A DNA stretch of 64,000 bases from Terriglobia bacterium (GCA_963748015.1 CAVVHE010000004.1:800001-864000), one strand, 5' to 3'; shown: positions 28,585-38,399, counted from the stretch's first letter. Notes: generated by a model not told the origin, from the sequence alone. Numbers and translations are program-made.

Positions 28585-29717
28585 AGCTACGGGCGGCGCG
28601 CCGCATGGACGGCATCGATCGCACGCTCATCCGGCAGATCTTCGACTCCGCACCGGCCGGCGCCATCAACCTCGGCCTGGGCCAGCCGGACCTCCCGACG
28701 CCGCCGCGGATCTCTCTCGCGGGCGCCGCGGGCATCGCCGCCGGGCGGACCGCATACACCTCCACGGGCGGGGACCCCGCGCTTCGCGCCGCGATCGCGC
28801 GCCGCTACGCGCCGTTCGCGACCGGCGGCGAGAACGTCGTGGTCACCGTGGGCTCGCAGGAGGCGGTGTTCGCATCGATCCTCACGTTGTGCGACCCCGG
28901 CGACGAGGTCCTCTACCCGGATCCGGGCTATCCGGCCTACTGCGTGGCGGCCCGTCTCCTCGGGGCCGTGCCGGTCGCGTACCCGTTGAGGGCGGCGCGA
29001 GGGTTCCGGCTCGATCCCGAGGACATCGAGGCGAGGCTCACCGACCGAACGCGTCTCGTCATCGTCTGTTCGCCCTCGAACCCCACCGGCGCGGTCGAGC
29101 GGGCCGAGGACCTCGCGCGGCTCGCCGAGCTGCTCGAGCGCAGGGGAGTCGCCTGGCTTTCCGACGAGATCTACGCCGGCTTCGCGTACGACGGGCCGGT
29201 GGCCTCGCTGTCGTCGTTCTCAAGGGAAGGCGGCCTCGTCGTCTCCGGGCTGTCGAAGGATCTCAGCATGACGGGGTGGCGCATCGGCTGGGCGGTGGGA
29301 GACGCCGCCAGCATCGCGCGCATCGTGGTCGCCCACCAGTACCTCGTGACGTGCGCCTCGAGCGTCTCGCAGTGCGCGGCGCTCGCCGCCCTCTCGGGCG
29401 ACGCCGAGGCCGAGCGCGCGGCCTACCTCGAGATCTTCCGGCGGCGGCGGGCGCTCATGGCGGAGGAGCTGTCGAGAATCCCGCGGATCCGTTTCGAGCT
29501 CCCGCAGGGGGCGTTCTACTTCTTCGTGGATTTCTCGGCCTACGGGTCGAGCCTCGAGCTCTGCCGGCGGGTTCTCGAGCGTCGCAAGGTCATCACGATT
29601 CCAGGCGAGGCCTTCGGGTCCGAGGGCGCGGGATACGTTCGCATCTCTTTCGCGGCGACGGAGGAGCAGATCGCGCTCGGCATCCGCGCCCTCGCGGAGG
29701 AGATCGGCGGGAGCTGA
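28581..29717 (+). CDS. PLP-dependent class I/II aminotransferase (DapC candidate)
   Basis: INLGLGQPD, SPSNPTG, DEIY, SKDLSMTGWRIG; ATGA overlap with dapD. Confidence 0.88.
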   Translation: MKLRAARRMDGIDRTLIRQIFDSAPAGAINLGLGQPDLPTPPRISLAGAAGIAAGRTAYTSTGGDPALRAAIARRYAPFATGGENVVVTVGSQEAVFASILTLCDPGDEVLYPDPGYPAYCVAARLLGAVPVAYPLRAARGFRLDPEDIEARLTDRTRLVIVCSPSNPTGAVERAEDLARLAELLERRGVAWLSDEIYAGFAYDGPVASLSSFSREGGLVVSGLSKDLSMTGWRIGWAVGDAASIARIVVAHQYLVTCASSVSQCAALAALSGDAEAERAAYLEIFRRRRALMAEELSRIPRIRFELPQGAFYFFVDFSAYGSSLELCRRVLERRKVITIPGEAFGSEGAGYVRISFAATEEQIALGIRALAEEIGGS

Positions 29718-29748
29718 GGCGCTCGCGCGAGTCCTGCCGCCGGGCTCG

Positions 29749-30633
29749 TCAGCGGGGCGCGGGGCTGGCGGAGTCGAGGGCCCTCTGGCTCTCGAGCGCC
29801 TTCTCGAGGGCCGCCGTGGCGGCCTCGACCGCCTTCGCGGTGGCCGGATCGTCGTCGGCGTGCGCGCGGCCGTAGTCGTAGAGGGACGACAGATCGTCCA
29901 CCCACGCGACCGGCAGCAGCGCGCGGATCGCGGCGAGCCGGATCTCCTTGGAGTCGGAGCGGATCGCGCTCTTCAGGATGGTCCGGCCGGGCTCGCCGAG
30001 GCGGCTCAGGGAGACGGCGGCTCGCTCCCTCGTCCCCGCGTTCCCCTCGTGGAGTATGCGCTCGAGGAAGAATCGCGCTCGCCCGTCGCCCATCGAGCCG
30101 AGGGCGTCCACGGCCGCCGGCAGGACCTCGGGGTCCTCGATCGCCGCGTCGATGATCGTGAGGACGGGGCTCTGCATGCGGAACCTCGAGATCTCCGGAA
30201 TCGCGAGGAGGCGCGCCTCGCGCGTGCCGAACCAGATCGCGTCGTCGAGGGCAGGCAGGTAGGCGGAAGGCATGCCTCCGGTCAGGCGGCGGAAGGCGAG
30301 GATCAGGGTGTCGACCGCGTCCGCCTTGTCGGCGGGCTCGGCCTCGCGGATCGCCTTCCAGATCGCTTCCATTCCCTGGTCGGCGAAGTTGACGAGCTCC
30401 TGCTTGGCCTTGGCTCGCACCCCGGGATCGCCCGGTCCCGGGGGCCAGGCGAGAGCCGCCAACGCCTCGGCCTGCGCCGGAATGGTGTCGGCCTTGGCCA
30501 TCGCCGCGAAAACCACGCTGTTGGGGTCGGGAGCTTCCTTCGCCGGGCGCGGGGCGGCGCCGAGGAGGAGGATCGAGGAGGCGGCGAGCAGGAGGGCGAG
30601 TGGTCTCGACAAGAGCGGATCTCCTCGGGGCAC
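29749..30633 (-). CDS. Exported HEAT-repeat protein
   Basis: Hydrophobic N-terminal signal; repeats such as AAVDALGSMGD, RERAAVSLSRLG, IRLAAIRAL. Confidence 0.75.
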   Translation of the reverse strand: MPRGDPLLSRPLALLLAASSILLLGAAPRPAKEAPDPNSVVFAAMAKADTIPAQAEALAALAWPPGPGDPGVRAKAKQELVNFADQGMEAIWKAIREAEPADKADAVDTLILAFRRLTGGMPSAYLPALDDAIWFGTREARLLAIPEISRFRMQSPVLTIIDAAIEDPEVLPAAVDALGSMGDGRARFFLERILHEGNAGTRERAAVSLSRLGEPGRTILKSAIRSDSKEIRLAAIRALLPVAWVDDLSSLYDYGRAHADDDPATAKAVEAATAALEKALESQRALDSASPAPR

Positions 30634-30703
30634 GAGGCCCGGAACGCGACCGCAAGTATACCGTCGCCCCGCGGCACCGGCCAGAAACGGCGGCCGGCGG
30701 CGG

Positions 30704-31810
30704 CTACTCCCCGCGCAGGCCGCCGGGATGCTCCGCCGGGGGAGGCGCGGCCGGGGGAAGCACCTTCGACGCGAGGCGCAGGAACGCCTCGGCCTGCGGC
30801 GATTCCGGGGACGCGGCGACGATCGGGGTTCCCCGGTCGCCGGCGTCTCGAACGGCCGCGTCGAGGGGAATCTCGCCGAGGAACGGGACGCCCAGGCGCT
30901 CGGCCTCGGCGCGGCCGCCGCCGTGGCCGAAGACGTCGGTCCGCGTGCCGCAGTGGGGGCAGGCGAAGTAGCTCATGTTCTCGACGATCCCGAGTATCGG
31001 GACCCCGACCTTGCGGAACATGGCCACGCCCTTGATCGCGTCCGCGAGCGCCACGTCCTGGGGGGTCGTCACGATGACCGCGCCGGTGAGGTTCGCCTTC
31101 TGGGAGAGCGTGAGCTGAGCGTCGCCCGTTCCGGGAGGCATGTCCACCACGAGGACGTCGAGCGTCCCCCAGGCGACGTCTCGCAGCAGCTGTTCCACGG
31201 CCTTCATCACCATCGGGCCCCGCCAGATGACGGCCTCGTCGGCGCCGAGGAAGAAGCCGAGGGACATGATGCGCACTCCATGTCGCTCGAAGGGTACGAT
31301 GCGTGTGCGGGCCTCGTCGAACGACGGGACCTCCTTGATTCCCATCATCATCGGGATCGACGGGCCATAGACGTCGGCGTCCATCAACCCGACCGCCGCG
31401 CCGCCGCGCGCGAGGGCCACCGCGAGATTTACGGCCACCGTGGACTTTCCGACGCCCCCCTTCCCGGAGGCCACCGCGATGACGCTCGCCACACCCGGAA
31501 GCACGGGGGGAACTTCGGGCGCCGGGCGAGTGTCGTGCGCCGCCCTTCCCCCGCCGCGTTCCGCGGGGGCCTGGGCGAGCGAGGCCTCGACGCTCGTGCA
31601 GCCGGGCAGCTCCAGCACGGCGGCGCGGGCTTCCTCCAGGATTCGAGCCGCCGTTTCCGCCGGCGCCCCGCGGGGCTCGAGGCGGAAGCTCACGCGCCCT
31701 TGGGCGACCGAGACGTCGCGGACGATGCCGAAGGAGACGATGTCCCGCGTGTAGGGCGGGTACTTCACGCGGCGAAGCGCCGCGAGAACGGCTTCCTCCG
31801 AGAGGCTCAT
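30704..31810 (-). CDS. mrp: Mrp/ApbC/NBP35 Fe-S cluster carrier ATPase
   Basis: SGKGGVGKST, DADVYGPSIP, VIWRGPM, DMPPGTGD, ENMSYFACPHC. Confidence 0.96.
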   Translation of the reverse strand: MSLSEEAVLAALRRVKYPPYTRDIVSFGIVRDVSVAQGRVSFRLEPRGAPAETAARILEEARAAVLELPGCTSVEASLAQAPAERGGGRAAHDTRPAPEVPPVLPGVASVIAVASGKGGVGKSTVAVNLAVALARGGAAVGLMDADVYGPSIPMMMGIKEVPSFDEARTRIVPFERHGVRIMSLGFFLGADEAVIWRGPMVMKAVEQLLRDVAWGTLDVLVVDMPPGTGDAQLTLSQKANLTGAVIVTTPQDVALADAIKGVAMFRKVGVPILGIVENMSYFACPHCGTRTDVFGHGGGRAEAERLGVPFLGEIPLDAAVRDAGDRGTPIVAASPESPQAEAFLRLASKVLPPAAPPPAEHPGGLRGE

Positions 31811-31932
31811 GCGACTCCTCGACGCCGAGTCGGGGGGTTCGCCTCGGCGGGACCTTCGAATATAGCATTCCGCCAACGCCGGGGCCGCAGCCGGCGAGTC
31901 CCCTTGCGTCGCGTCCGGAGTCGCGATCGGTA

Positions 31933-32097
31933 CTAGTGTCTCGTACCCGAAGTCGCGTTACATTCGGCCGCCGCTGCATCCCGGCCTGCTTCGTCGCTCC
32001 TCGGTCGAATACTCCCGGTATGCTCCCTCGTCGCTCCTCACAGGCCGGGCGCATCGACGGCCTCGATGTTAACGGGACTTCGGGTACGAGACACTAG
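31933..32097. mobile_element. MITE-like element, about 165 bp, with terminal inverted repeats and CTAG at both ends
   Basis: Perfect 23-bp inverted repeat actagtgtctcgtacccgaagtc (31932-31954) / gacttcgggtacgagacactagt (32076-32098), inner arms cccggcctg/caggccggg; no ORF. Confidence 0.7.
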
Positions 32098-33464
32098 TCG
32101 AGGCGGAATTTCTTGAGCCGGTAGATGAGGGTCTGTCGCGAGATCCCCAGGAAACGGGCGGCGCGGGTCTGGTTCCCGGCGCAGCGCCGGAGCGCCTCGC
32201 CGAGAAGCCCCTTCTCGACGTCCTCGAGCGAGATCCCGTCGGGGGGGATGTCGAGTCGGACCCCGCCGAACGTCGGTAGGTCCGCGCGCAGGGCCTCGGG
32301 AAGCTCGCCGACGGCGACCGTGGGCTCTCGCGAGAGGACCACCAGCCGCTCGATCACGTTCTCGAGCTCGCGGACGTTCCCGGGCCAGTCGTAGCGGTCG
32401 AAGCGGTCGAGGACCGCGGCATCGAGCTTGGGTATCGGCCTCCCGTGGCGCTTGCCGTGCTTGAGGAGGAAGTGCTCCACGAGGAGCGGGATGTCCTCGC
32501 GCCGCTCGCGCAGGGGAGGAAGCGTCAGCGCGACCACGTTCAGCCGGAAGAACAGATCCTCTCGGAACGTGCCTTCCCGGACCCGTCCCTCGAGGTCGGC
32601 GTGCGTGGCCGCGACGACCCTGACGTCGACGCGAACGGGGTGGCCGGCGCCGATCTTGTCCACTTCTCCTTCCTCGATGGCTCGAAGGAGGCGGGATTGG
32701 GCGTCGCGCGGAATCTCGGCGACCTCGTCCAGGACGATCGTCCCGCCGGAAGCGATCTCGAACTTCCCCCTCCGATCCTCGGTGGCTCCCGTGAACGCGC
32801 CGCGGCGGTAGCCGAAGAGCTCCGACTCGACGAGCCCCTCGGGGATCGCCGCGCAGTTGACGACCACGAAGGGGCCGTCCTTCCTCCGTGACCGGAGGTG
32901 GAGAGCCCTCGCGGCGAGCTCCTTGCCGGTACCGCTCTCCCCGAGGAGAAGGACCGTCGCGTCGGAGTCGGCCGCGAGAGACAGATCCGACAGCACGCGG
33001 CGGAGCGACGCGGAGGAGCCGAGGATGCTCTCGAACCCGCCGTGCTCCTGAACGACCGCCCGGAGGCGCCGGTTCTCGTCCCGGAGCCCCGCGAATTCGA
33101 GGGCGCGGCGAACCGACACGAGGAGGCGGTCGCGGGTGAAAGGTTTCTCGAGAAAGTCGAGGGCGCCGAGCTGCATGGCGCGGACGGCGGTCGCCACGTC
33201 CCCGTGCGCCGTGATCACGATGGACGCGGTGTCGGGGCGGACCACCCGGGCGCGGTCCACGAGCTCGATGCCGTCCATGCCGGGCATGAGGACGTCGGAC
33301 ACGAGCAGGTCGAAGGCCTGGCCTCGAAGCGCGTCGAGAGCCTCCTCGGCGGTCGCGGCGCTCGTCACCGCGTACCCGGCCTCGTTCAGCTGGTACTCGA
33401 CGACGCGGCGCAGGCTGGCGTCGTCGTCCACGAGGAGCACTCGAGGGGTCGCGCCCGCCTTCAT
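32094..33464 (-). CDS. Sigma54-dependent response regulator (NtrC/AtoC family)
   Basis: Receiver VDDD/DVLMP, GESGTGKE, GAFTGA, WPGNVRELEN, Fis-type HTH. Confidence 0.96.
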   Translation of the reverse strand: MKAGATPRVLLVDDDASLRRVVEYQLNEAGYAVTSAATAEEALDALRGQAFDLLVSDVLMPGMDGIELVDRARVVRPDTASIVITAHGDVATAVRAMQLGALDFLEKPFTRDRLLVSVRRALEFAGLRDENRRLRAVVQEHGGFESILGSSASLRRVLSDLSLAADSDATVLLLGESGTGKELAARALHLRSRRKDGPFVVVNCAAIPEGLVESELFGYRRGAFTGATEDRRGKFEIASGGTIVLDEVAEIPRDAQSRLLRAIEEGEVDKIGAGHPVRVDVRVVAATHADLEGRVREGTFREDLFFRLNVVALTLPPLRERREDIPLLVEHFLLKHGKRHGRPIPKLDAAVLDRFDRYDWPGNVRELENVIERLVVLSREPTVAVGELPEALRADLPTFGGVRLDIPPDGISLEDVEKGLLGEALRRCAGNQTRAARFLGISRQTLIYRLKKFRLD

Positions 33465-34558
33465 GGGAGGTCCGGCGGGGCCAAGGGAAGTGCTAGGCGG
33501 AAGCGCGCGCCACCACCCTCGGCGGGCTCGGCCGTCAACGTTCCGCCGTGACTCGCGGCGATCCGGCGCGCGATGGCCAGCCCGAGCCCGGTCCCGCCGC
33601 TGCGGGTGGAGAAGAAGGGTTCGAAGATCCGCTCCAGCGGGCCTTCGGGAAGCCCGATGCCATGATCGCGCAACGCGATGATCACGGCCCCGGCGCTCCT
33701 CGTGGTCTCCACCTCGAGGACGCCGCCGGCCGGCATGGACTGGATGCCGTTGAGCAGGAGGTTCACCAGGGCCTGCTGGATCTGGCCGGGGTCGGCAAGG
33801 GCCGGGACGAGGTCGGGGGAGAGAGCGAGAGCGATCCGGACGGAGGCGCGGGCGGCGGTCTTGGAGAGAAGATCCACCGACGCCCGCACCGCGGTGTTGA
33901 CGTCCAGGCGTCCCGGGGCGGGGGGCTGCGGACGGGCGAAGTCGAGGTACTTGCCGGCGATGCCGTTCAGCCGCTCGATCTCCCGCCGGAGGATGTCCAC
34001 GAACTCCCGGTGGGGGTGGGAGGGCGGGTAGTCTCCCTCGAGGATCTCGACCGCGCCGCCGATCGCCCCGAGCGGATTGCGAACCTCGTGGGCCATTCCC
34101 GCCGCGAGGGTGCCGAGGGAGACCAGGCGGTCGGCGCGTCGAAGGGTGCTCACCGTCTCCTCGAGGTCCTTGAGGGCCCGGTCGCGCTCGGTCGCCGTGG
34201 CCTCGGCGCTCTGCCTGAGAGCGCGCTCGCGGTCCGAGAACGCCCCGGCGATCACCGCCACCACCGCGAACATCGCCGTCTCGAGCGCCTGGCTCACCTG
34301 GTACGCCGTATCGTGGGTCCAGTGCACGACGATGTGCGGAGCGTACAGCAAGGCGCAGGCCGCGGCGACGATCACGCCTCCGCGCAGCCCGAACCAGGCG
34401 CAGGCTAGGAGGATCGGGATGTAGTAGAGGCGCTGGTACAGGTTGTGGAGGAGGGTGTGCTGCGGATCCGTGGCGTAGTGCGCCAGCGTGATGGCCGCCG
34501 CCGTCGTCGCCACGACGGCGGCCCGGGTTCGACGGCTGAGGCTGCGGTCGCCGCTCAA
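33461..34558 (-). CDS. Membrane sensor histidine kinase
   Basis: N-terminal TM helices; AHEVRNPL, NLLLNGIQ, DHGIG, IFEPFFST, GTGLGL. Confidence 0.94.
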   Translation of the reverse strand: MSGDRSLSRRTRAAVVATTAAAITLAHYATDPQHTLLHNLYQRLYYIPILLACAWFGLRGGVIVAAACALLYAPHIVVHWTHDTAYQVSQALETAMFAVVAVIAGAFSDRERALRQSAEATATERDRALKDLEETVSTLRRADRLVSLGTLAAGMAHEVRNPLGAIGGAVEILEGDYPPSHPHREFVDILRREIERLNGIAGKYLDFARPQPPAPGRLDVNTAVRASVDLLSKTAARASVRIALALSPDLVPALADPGQIQQALVNLLLNGIQSMPAGGVLEVETTRSAGAVIIALRDHGIGLPEGPLERIFEPFFSTRSGGTGLGLAIARRIAASHGGTLTAEPAEGGGARFRLALPLAPPDLP

Positions 34559-34565
34559 CCCCCGC

Positions 34566-35864
34566 TCAGTACTTGTAGGACAGTCCGCCGTACAAGCCCT
34601 GGTAAACCACGGAGTGATCCTGCCGGGTGAAGGAGGGGACGGTCACGGTGATGGCGCGGGTATTCGGATCGCGGTACCAGTTGATTTGCCCCGGCTTGAC
34701 GTCGGCCCCGACGCCGGTGTACCGCGCGTTCCTGTACCCTCCGAAGACCTCCAGGCCGCGCCAGGCCTTCCAGCGCAGCTCGAGGTAGGCCTCGACGGTC
34801 TGGGCGCCGGCCGCGTCGCTGGTCTCCACGTTGATCGGCAGCGCGAACTGCTGGATGGCGCCGATCAACGAGTTGCCCTGCGCGTCGACGCTGTCGAACT
34901 CGTCGAACGGCGGGGCCATGATGTAGTCGATCTCGAGCCTGCTCGGCATGGTCATCATGGCGTAGAAGTGGGACGTGGAGCTGTACTGGGTCGCGAGCTT
35001 ACCCTCGAGGCTCGCGACCGAAAAGCCGGTCTCGATGGAGAGGGTCGGGGTCAGCGGAAACGTCAGGTCGACGCCCGCTTCCAGGCCTTGCCCCTCGAAC
35101 TGGGAAGCAAGGTGGGCGGTGTCGGCGCCGGGCAAGAGCGGGTTGTTCGCCGGCGTTGGCTGCGGATACAGGATCGGCGGCAGGGCGTCCCCCTGGTACA
35201 CCGGGAAGAGCGAGTAGTAGTCTCCGTCGAGAGTCCGCGTGTGCTGGATCATCCGGTAGCCGACGAACCAGCGCGCCACGAATTTCGACGACTGGAACCC
35301 GATCCGCCGGAAATCGAGGCGCAAGTCGCGCAGCTTCGTCTGGGTTCCCACGAGGAAGCCGTCCGCCAAGCCGTCGTCGTTGATCCCGGCGTAGAGCGGG
35401 TACATCGGCAGGATGCCGTACGCGAACTGGCCGGGAGTGTAGCGCGCCAGCTCGCTTGTCTGATCGTGAGAATACCACGTCCCGACGACCTCTCCGATGT
35501 TCTTGTGGATCGTGAAACCCGCCCGGTAGCGGATGCGGTTCTCCGTGCCCTGGGGCATGTAAGCAAGGGAGGTCACCGTTCCGCCGTTCGTGTCTCGCTG
35601 GCTGGCTGGAGCGTACTCGAGGCCCTCGGGTTGCGAGACCCAGTCGCTGGCCTCGACGAACCAGGTGACGCGCTTGCCCTCGTCGTCGGCTTGCGTTTCG
35701 GCCTCCGGAGGCTTCGCGGCCTCGGCGGGCTTGACGGGCTCGGGGGCCTTGGGGGCCTCCGCGGTCTTGGCCGGCGCTGCCGGTTTGGTCTCTTGAGCCC
35801 GGGCGATCGCCGGAACGACGGCTCCGAGCAGCAGCAGCGCAATCCACCGTGAGTACGCTCTCAT
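34566..35864 (-). CDS. Putative outer-membrane beta-barrel protein
   Basis: Signal peptide, Pro/Ala/Lys linker, amphipathic aromatic strands, C-terminal YGGLSYKY; start 35864 or 35873. Confidence 0.7.
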   Translation of the reverse strand: MRAYSRWIALLLLGAVVPAIARAQETKPAAPAKTAEAPKAPEPVKPAEAAKPPEAETQADDEGKRVTWFVEASDWVSQPEGLEYAPASQRDTNGGTVTSLAYMPQGTENRIRYRAGFTIHKNIGEVVGTWYSHDQTSELARYTPGQFAYGILPMYPLYAGINDDGLADGFLVGTQTKLRDLRLDFRRIGFQSSKFVARWFVGYRMIQHTRTLDGDYYSLFPVYQGDALPPILYPQPTPANNPLLPGADTAHLASQFEGQGLEAGVDLTFPLTPTLSIETGFSVASLEGKLATQYSSTSHFYAMMTMPSRLEIDYIMAPPFDEFDSVDAQGNSLIGAIQQFALPINVETSDAAGAQTVEAYLELRWKAWRGLEVFGGYRNARYTGVGADVKPGQINWYRDPNTRAITVTVPSFTRQDHSVVYQGLYGGLSYKY

Positions 35865-35919
35865 TCGCTTCACCCTATCCACGACGTGGGACGAATTCCG
35901 TCCGAGGTCGGAACGAACC

Positions 35920-36783
35920 CTAGCGCAGCGTGAACGAGTAGGAAATCCCATCCTGCGAGTTCTGGGGCGAGAAGGTGTTCCCGACGAGGGAGCTCGAGAC
36001 GTCCTTGCCTTCCAGGTAGATCTGGCTTCCGAAGGTCGGCGGGGCATTGGTGAACAGGGCGGTGGCCCCCGGGTTGGTGTCCTTCCGCGCCTTCACGATC
36101 ACGGTGTCTCCGGAGTTCAGCTGGACCGGGAAGTAAGAGGGGCTTCCGGCCACGCTCGGGTCGCCGAGCTGCACGCCGCTCGAGGGGCCGCCGTACGGGC
36201 ACTGGCTGCCATAGCTCGTGGAGGTACCCGAAGCGATCTTGATCTTCTCGACGAAGTCTCGGCTGGCGGTGGAGATCCGGCGCCCGTTCTTCAGCGACAG
36301 CACGACGGTCACGTTCGGGTTGTCGGGATCGGAGAGGTCCCGCGACCAGTCCGTCGGGTGCTTCGAGGGGGTCTGGGGCGCGGTGTCGTCGTAGGCGGTC
36401 ACGCTGCCGTACGAGGAGGAATAGGTCGCATCGGAGAGCCGCTCGATCGTGGACGAGCCGGCGCGGATCAGGTCGATCTCGACGGAGTACCGGAACGGGT
36501 ACACCGCGCTCAGGCGCTGCTGGAGGTCCGGCGTATCGGCGATGTCGCACCAAAGCCCGAGGTCCACGACCGTCTCGTCCGGCGGACGCTCGGGCTGGTC
36601 GGGGTAACTTGTCGAGGTCACCAGGGCGGCGTCCCACACCTCGAAGAGGAGGACCCTCGGCGCGTTCGCCTGGAAGGTCACCTGGCCGTTCTGCGCCGGC
36701 TTCGCGGTCGGCTGGGTCGTGCTGCAGCCGAGTGCTACGGCGACGAGCAGAATGGCCACCGAACCCAGAACTCTTCTTGCCAT
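35920..36783 (-). CDS. Hypothetical lipoprotein
   Basis: MARRVLGSVAILLVAVALGC lipobox; GGAGG RBS. Confidence 0.75.
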   Translation of the reverse strand: MARRVLGSVAILLVAVALGCSTTQPTAKPAQNGQVTFQANAPRVLLFEVWDAALVTSTSYPDQPERPPDETVVDLGLWCDIADTPDLQQRLSAVYPFRYSVEIDLIRAGSSTIERLSDATYSSSYGSVTAYDDTAPQTPSKHPTDWSRDLSDPDNPNVTVVLSLKNGRRISTASRDFVEKIKIASGTSTSYGSQCPYGGPSSGVQLGDPSVAGSPSYFPVQLNSGDTVIVKARKDTNPGATALFTNAPPTFGSQIYLEGKDVSSSLVGNTFSPQNSQDGISYSFTLR

Positions 36784-36806
36784 CCCGACCTCCGTGAAAG
36801 ACAGAG

Positions 36807-36836
36807 AAACTACCCCGAGAGCCACGGGGTCGTCAA
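36807..36836 (-). promoter_or_regulatory. Sigma70-like promoter for the lipoprotein/OMP/two-component unit
   Basis: TTGACG-N18-TAGTTT upstream of 36783. Confidence 0.45.
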
Positions 36837-36991
36837 GCGGTCGTTCCGCCCGCCCTGGAGCGGTTGCGGTGAATCTTCCGCACCCGCGGCGGGGAATCGC
36901 CGTGCTAGAATCCGCCCGCCTGGGCTCCCGGGGCCTTTTCCCCTCGGCCCATGCCCCCGGGCGGGACGCTTCGGGGATGGAGGTACCGAGG

Positions 36992-37645
36992 ATGGCGCGT
37001 TACCCGACCGCGGAAGAGGCGGCCGCCGTCGAGTCCCGAAGGGTGGAGCGCGTCTACTCCGTGCTGGCGAGCGGGTACGATGCCTTCTTCGACTGGGCGC
37101 TCGGCCCGGGGCGTCGCCGGGCTATCGCCTCGCTTCCGATTCGACCCGGCGACCGGGTCCTCGAGGTGGGAGTCGGGACGGGACTCTCCCTTCCGTTCTA
37201 CCCCGAGGAGTGCCACGTCACGGGGGTGGACATCGCGGAGCCGATGCTCGAGCGGGCAAGGATGCGCCTGGATCTGATGGGCAGGGACGATGTCGAGCTG
37301 CGGCGCATGGACGCCCGCGACCTGAAGTTCCCCGACGGCTGCTTCGACCACGTCGTTGCGCCGTACGTGATCTCGGTGGTCCCGGAGCCGGAAAGGGTGA
37401 TGGCGGAGATGGCGCGCGTCTGCCGTCCCGGCGGGAGCGTCATCGTCGTCAACCACTTCCTCAGCGAGAATCCGGTCCTCGGGTTCTTCGAGCGGCTCCT
37501 GACCCCGGCGAGCCGCTGGATCGGTTTCCGGATGGACCTTCCGGTATCCGAGGTGGTCCCCACGGCCGGACTCGAGCTGGTTCGGTCGAAGAGGGTCAAC
37601 CTCCTCGGGCTCTGGCGATTGCTGGAGCTGAGCCGCAAGGGGTAG
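36992..37645 (+). CDS. Class I SAM methyltransferase (PmtA-like phospholipid N-methyltransferase)
   Basis: VLEVGVGTGLSL, FDHVVAPYVISVVPEP, VNHF; extended -10 TGcTAGAAT at 36903-36911. Confidence 0.85.
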   Translation: MARYPTAEEAAAVESRRVERVYSVLASGYDAFFDWALGPGRRRAIASLPIRPGDRVLEVGVGTGLSLPFYPEECHVTGVDIAEPMLERARMRLDLMGRDDVELRRMDARDLKFPDGCFDHVVAPYVISVVPEPERVMAEMARVCRPGGSVIVVNHFLSENPVLGFFERLLTPASRWIGFRMDLPVSEVVPTAGLELVRSKRVNLLGLWRLLELSRKG

Positions 37646-37706
37646 GAGCCCGTCCGGGTCATCGCGCCAACCCAGGGAGTTCTTCGCACGGGTCCCGGCT
37701 CCGCGG

Positions 37707-38399
37707 TCAGTGCTCCGGATCTCCCGGGTGCTTCGCGGGGGGCCACGGCCGTCGCTGCGGGACCGGCGCCTCGTGCTCCTCGGACAGCCGGTCGACGACC
37801 TGCATCTGTTCCATCACCCTTGCGAACTGCCGCTCGATCGTCTCGCTGGTGACGGAATTCCGCGTGAGCATTTCGAGGGCTCGCACCTTCTCCCGCAGGG
37901 CGGCGATCTCGATCCCGCGGCCCTCGAGCTCGAGTTGCGCCTCTCGCACTTTCTGTCGCAAGAGCGAGGTCTCGCGATGGAGGCGCTCGCGCAGCCTCGC
38001 GACCTCGGCGCGAAACTCCTCGATTTCTCGCCGCTTCGCTTCGAGATCCCCCTGGAGCTCGATCGTTCGCAGGCCGCCGGCCCGGACCATCCCGTACTGC
38101 ACGAGGAGCTGCTCGTGCTTCATTTGCAGCTCCTGGTAGAGGCCGATCGGGAGCGTGTCGCGGGAGGCGGTCCTCGCCGGCGCTCGCGAGGCGACGCGAA
38201 CGGGCTCGGGAAGATTGCGCGGCGCGGAATCGTCGGCGATGCCGGCCCCGGCGAAGTCCTGGTCGGAGACGAAGTACTCCGGGCCGTAGCGGCCGGGGCG
38301 CTTCTCCGCGCGGAGTTTGCCGTTGCGGATGTAGCGCCGGAGCGTCGTGACGGACAGGCCTGCCCGCTCGGCAGCCTCCCTCAAGGTCATTCGCTCCAT
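37707..38399 (-). CDS. MerR/excisionase-like HTH protein with long coiled coil
   Basis: MTLREAAERAGLSVTTLRRYIRNGKL; C-terminal heptad-rich region. Confidence 0.8.
   Translation of the reverse strand: MERMTLREAAERAGLSVTTLRRYIRNGKLRAEKRPGRYGPEYFVSDQDFAGAGIADDSAPRNLPEPVRVASRAPARTASRDTLPIGLYQELQMKHEQLLVQYGMVRAGGLRTIELQGDLEAKRREIEEFRAEVARLRERLHRETSLLRQKVREAQLELEGRGIEIAALREKVRALEMLTRNSVTSETIERQFARVMEQMQVVDRLSEEHEAPVPQRRPWPPAKHPGDPEH

Noticed and set aside
31932..32098. CRISPR array or simple rho-independent terminator
   Set aside because: No regularly spaced direct repeats or cas genes; the structure is too long, has no U-tract and has symmetrical CTAG ends.
31811..36990. Sigma54 (-24/-12) promoter near the enhancer-binding protein
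   Set aside because: No convincing TGGCAC-N5-TTGC found by eye in the flanking intergenic regions.
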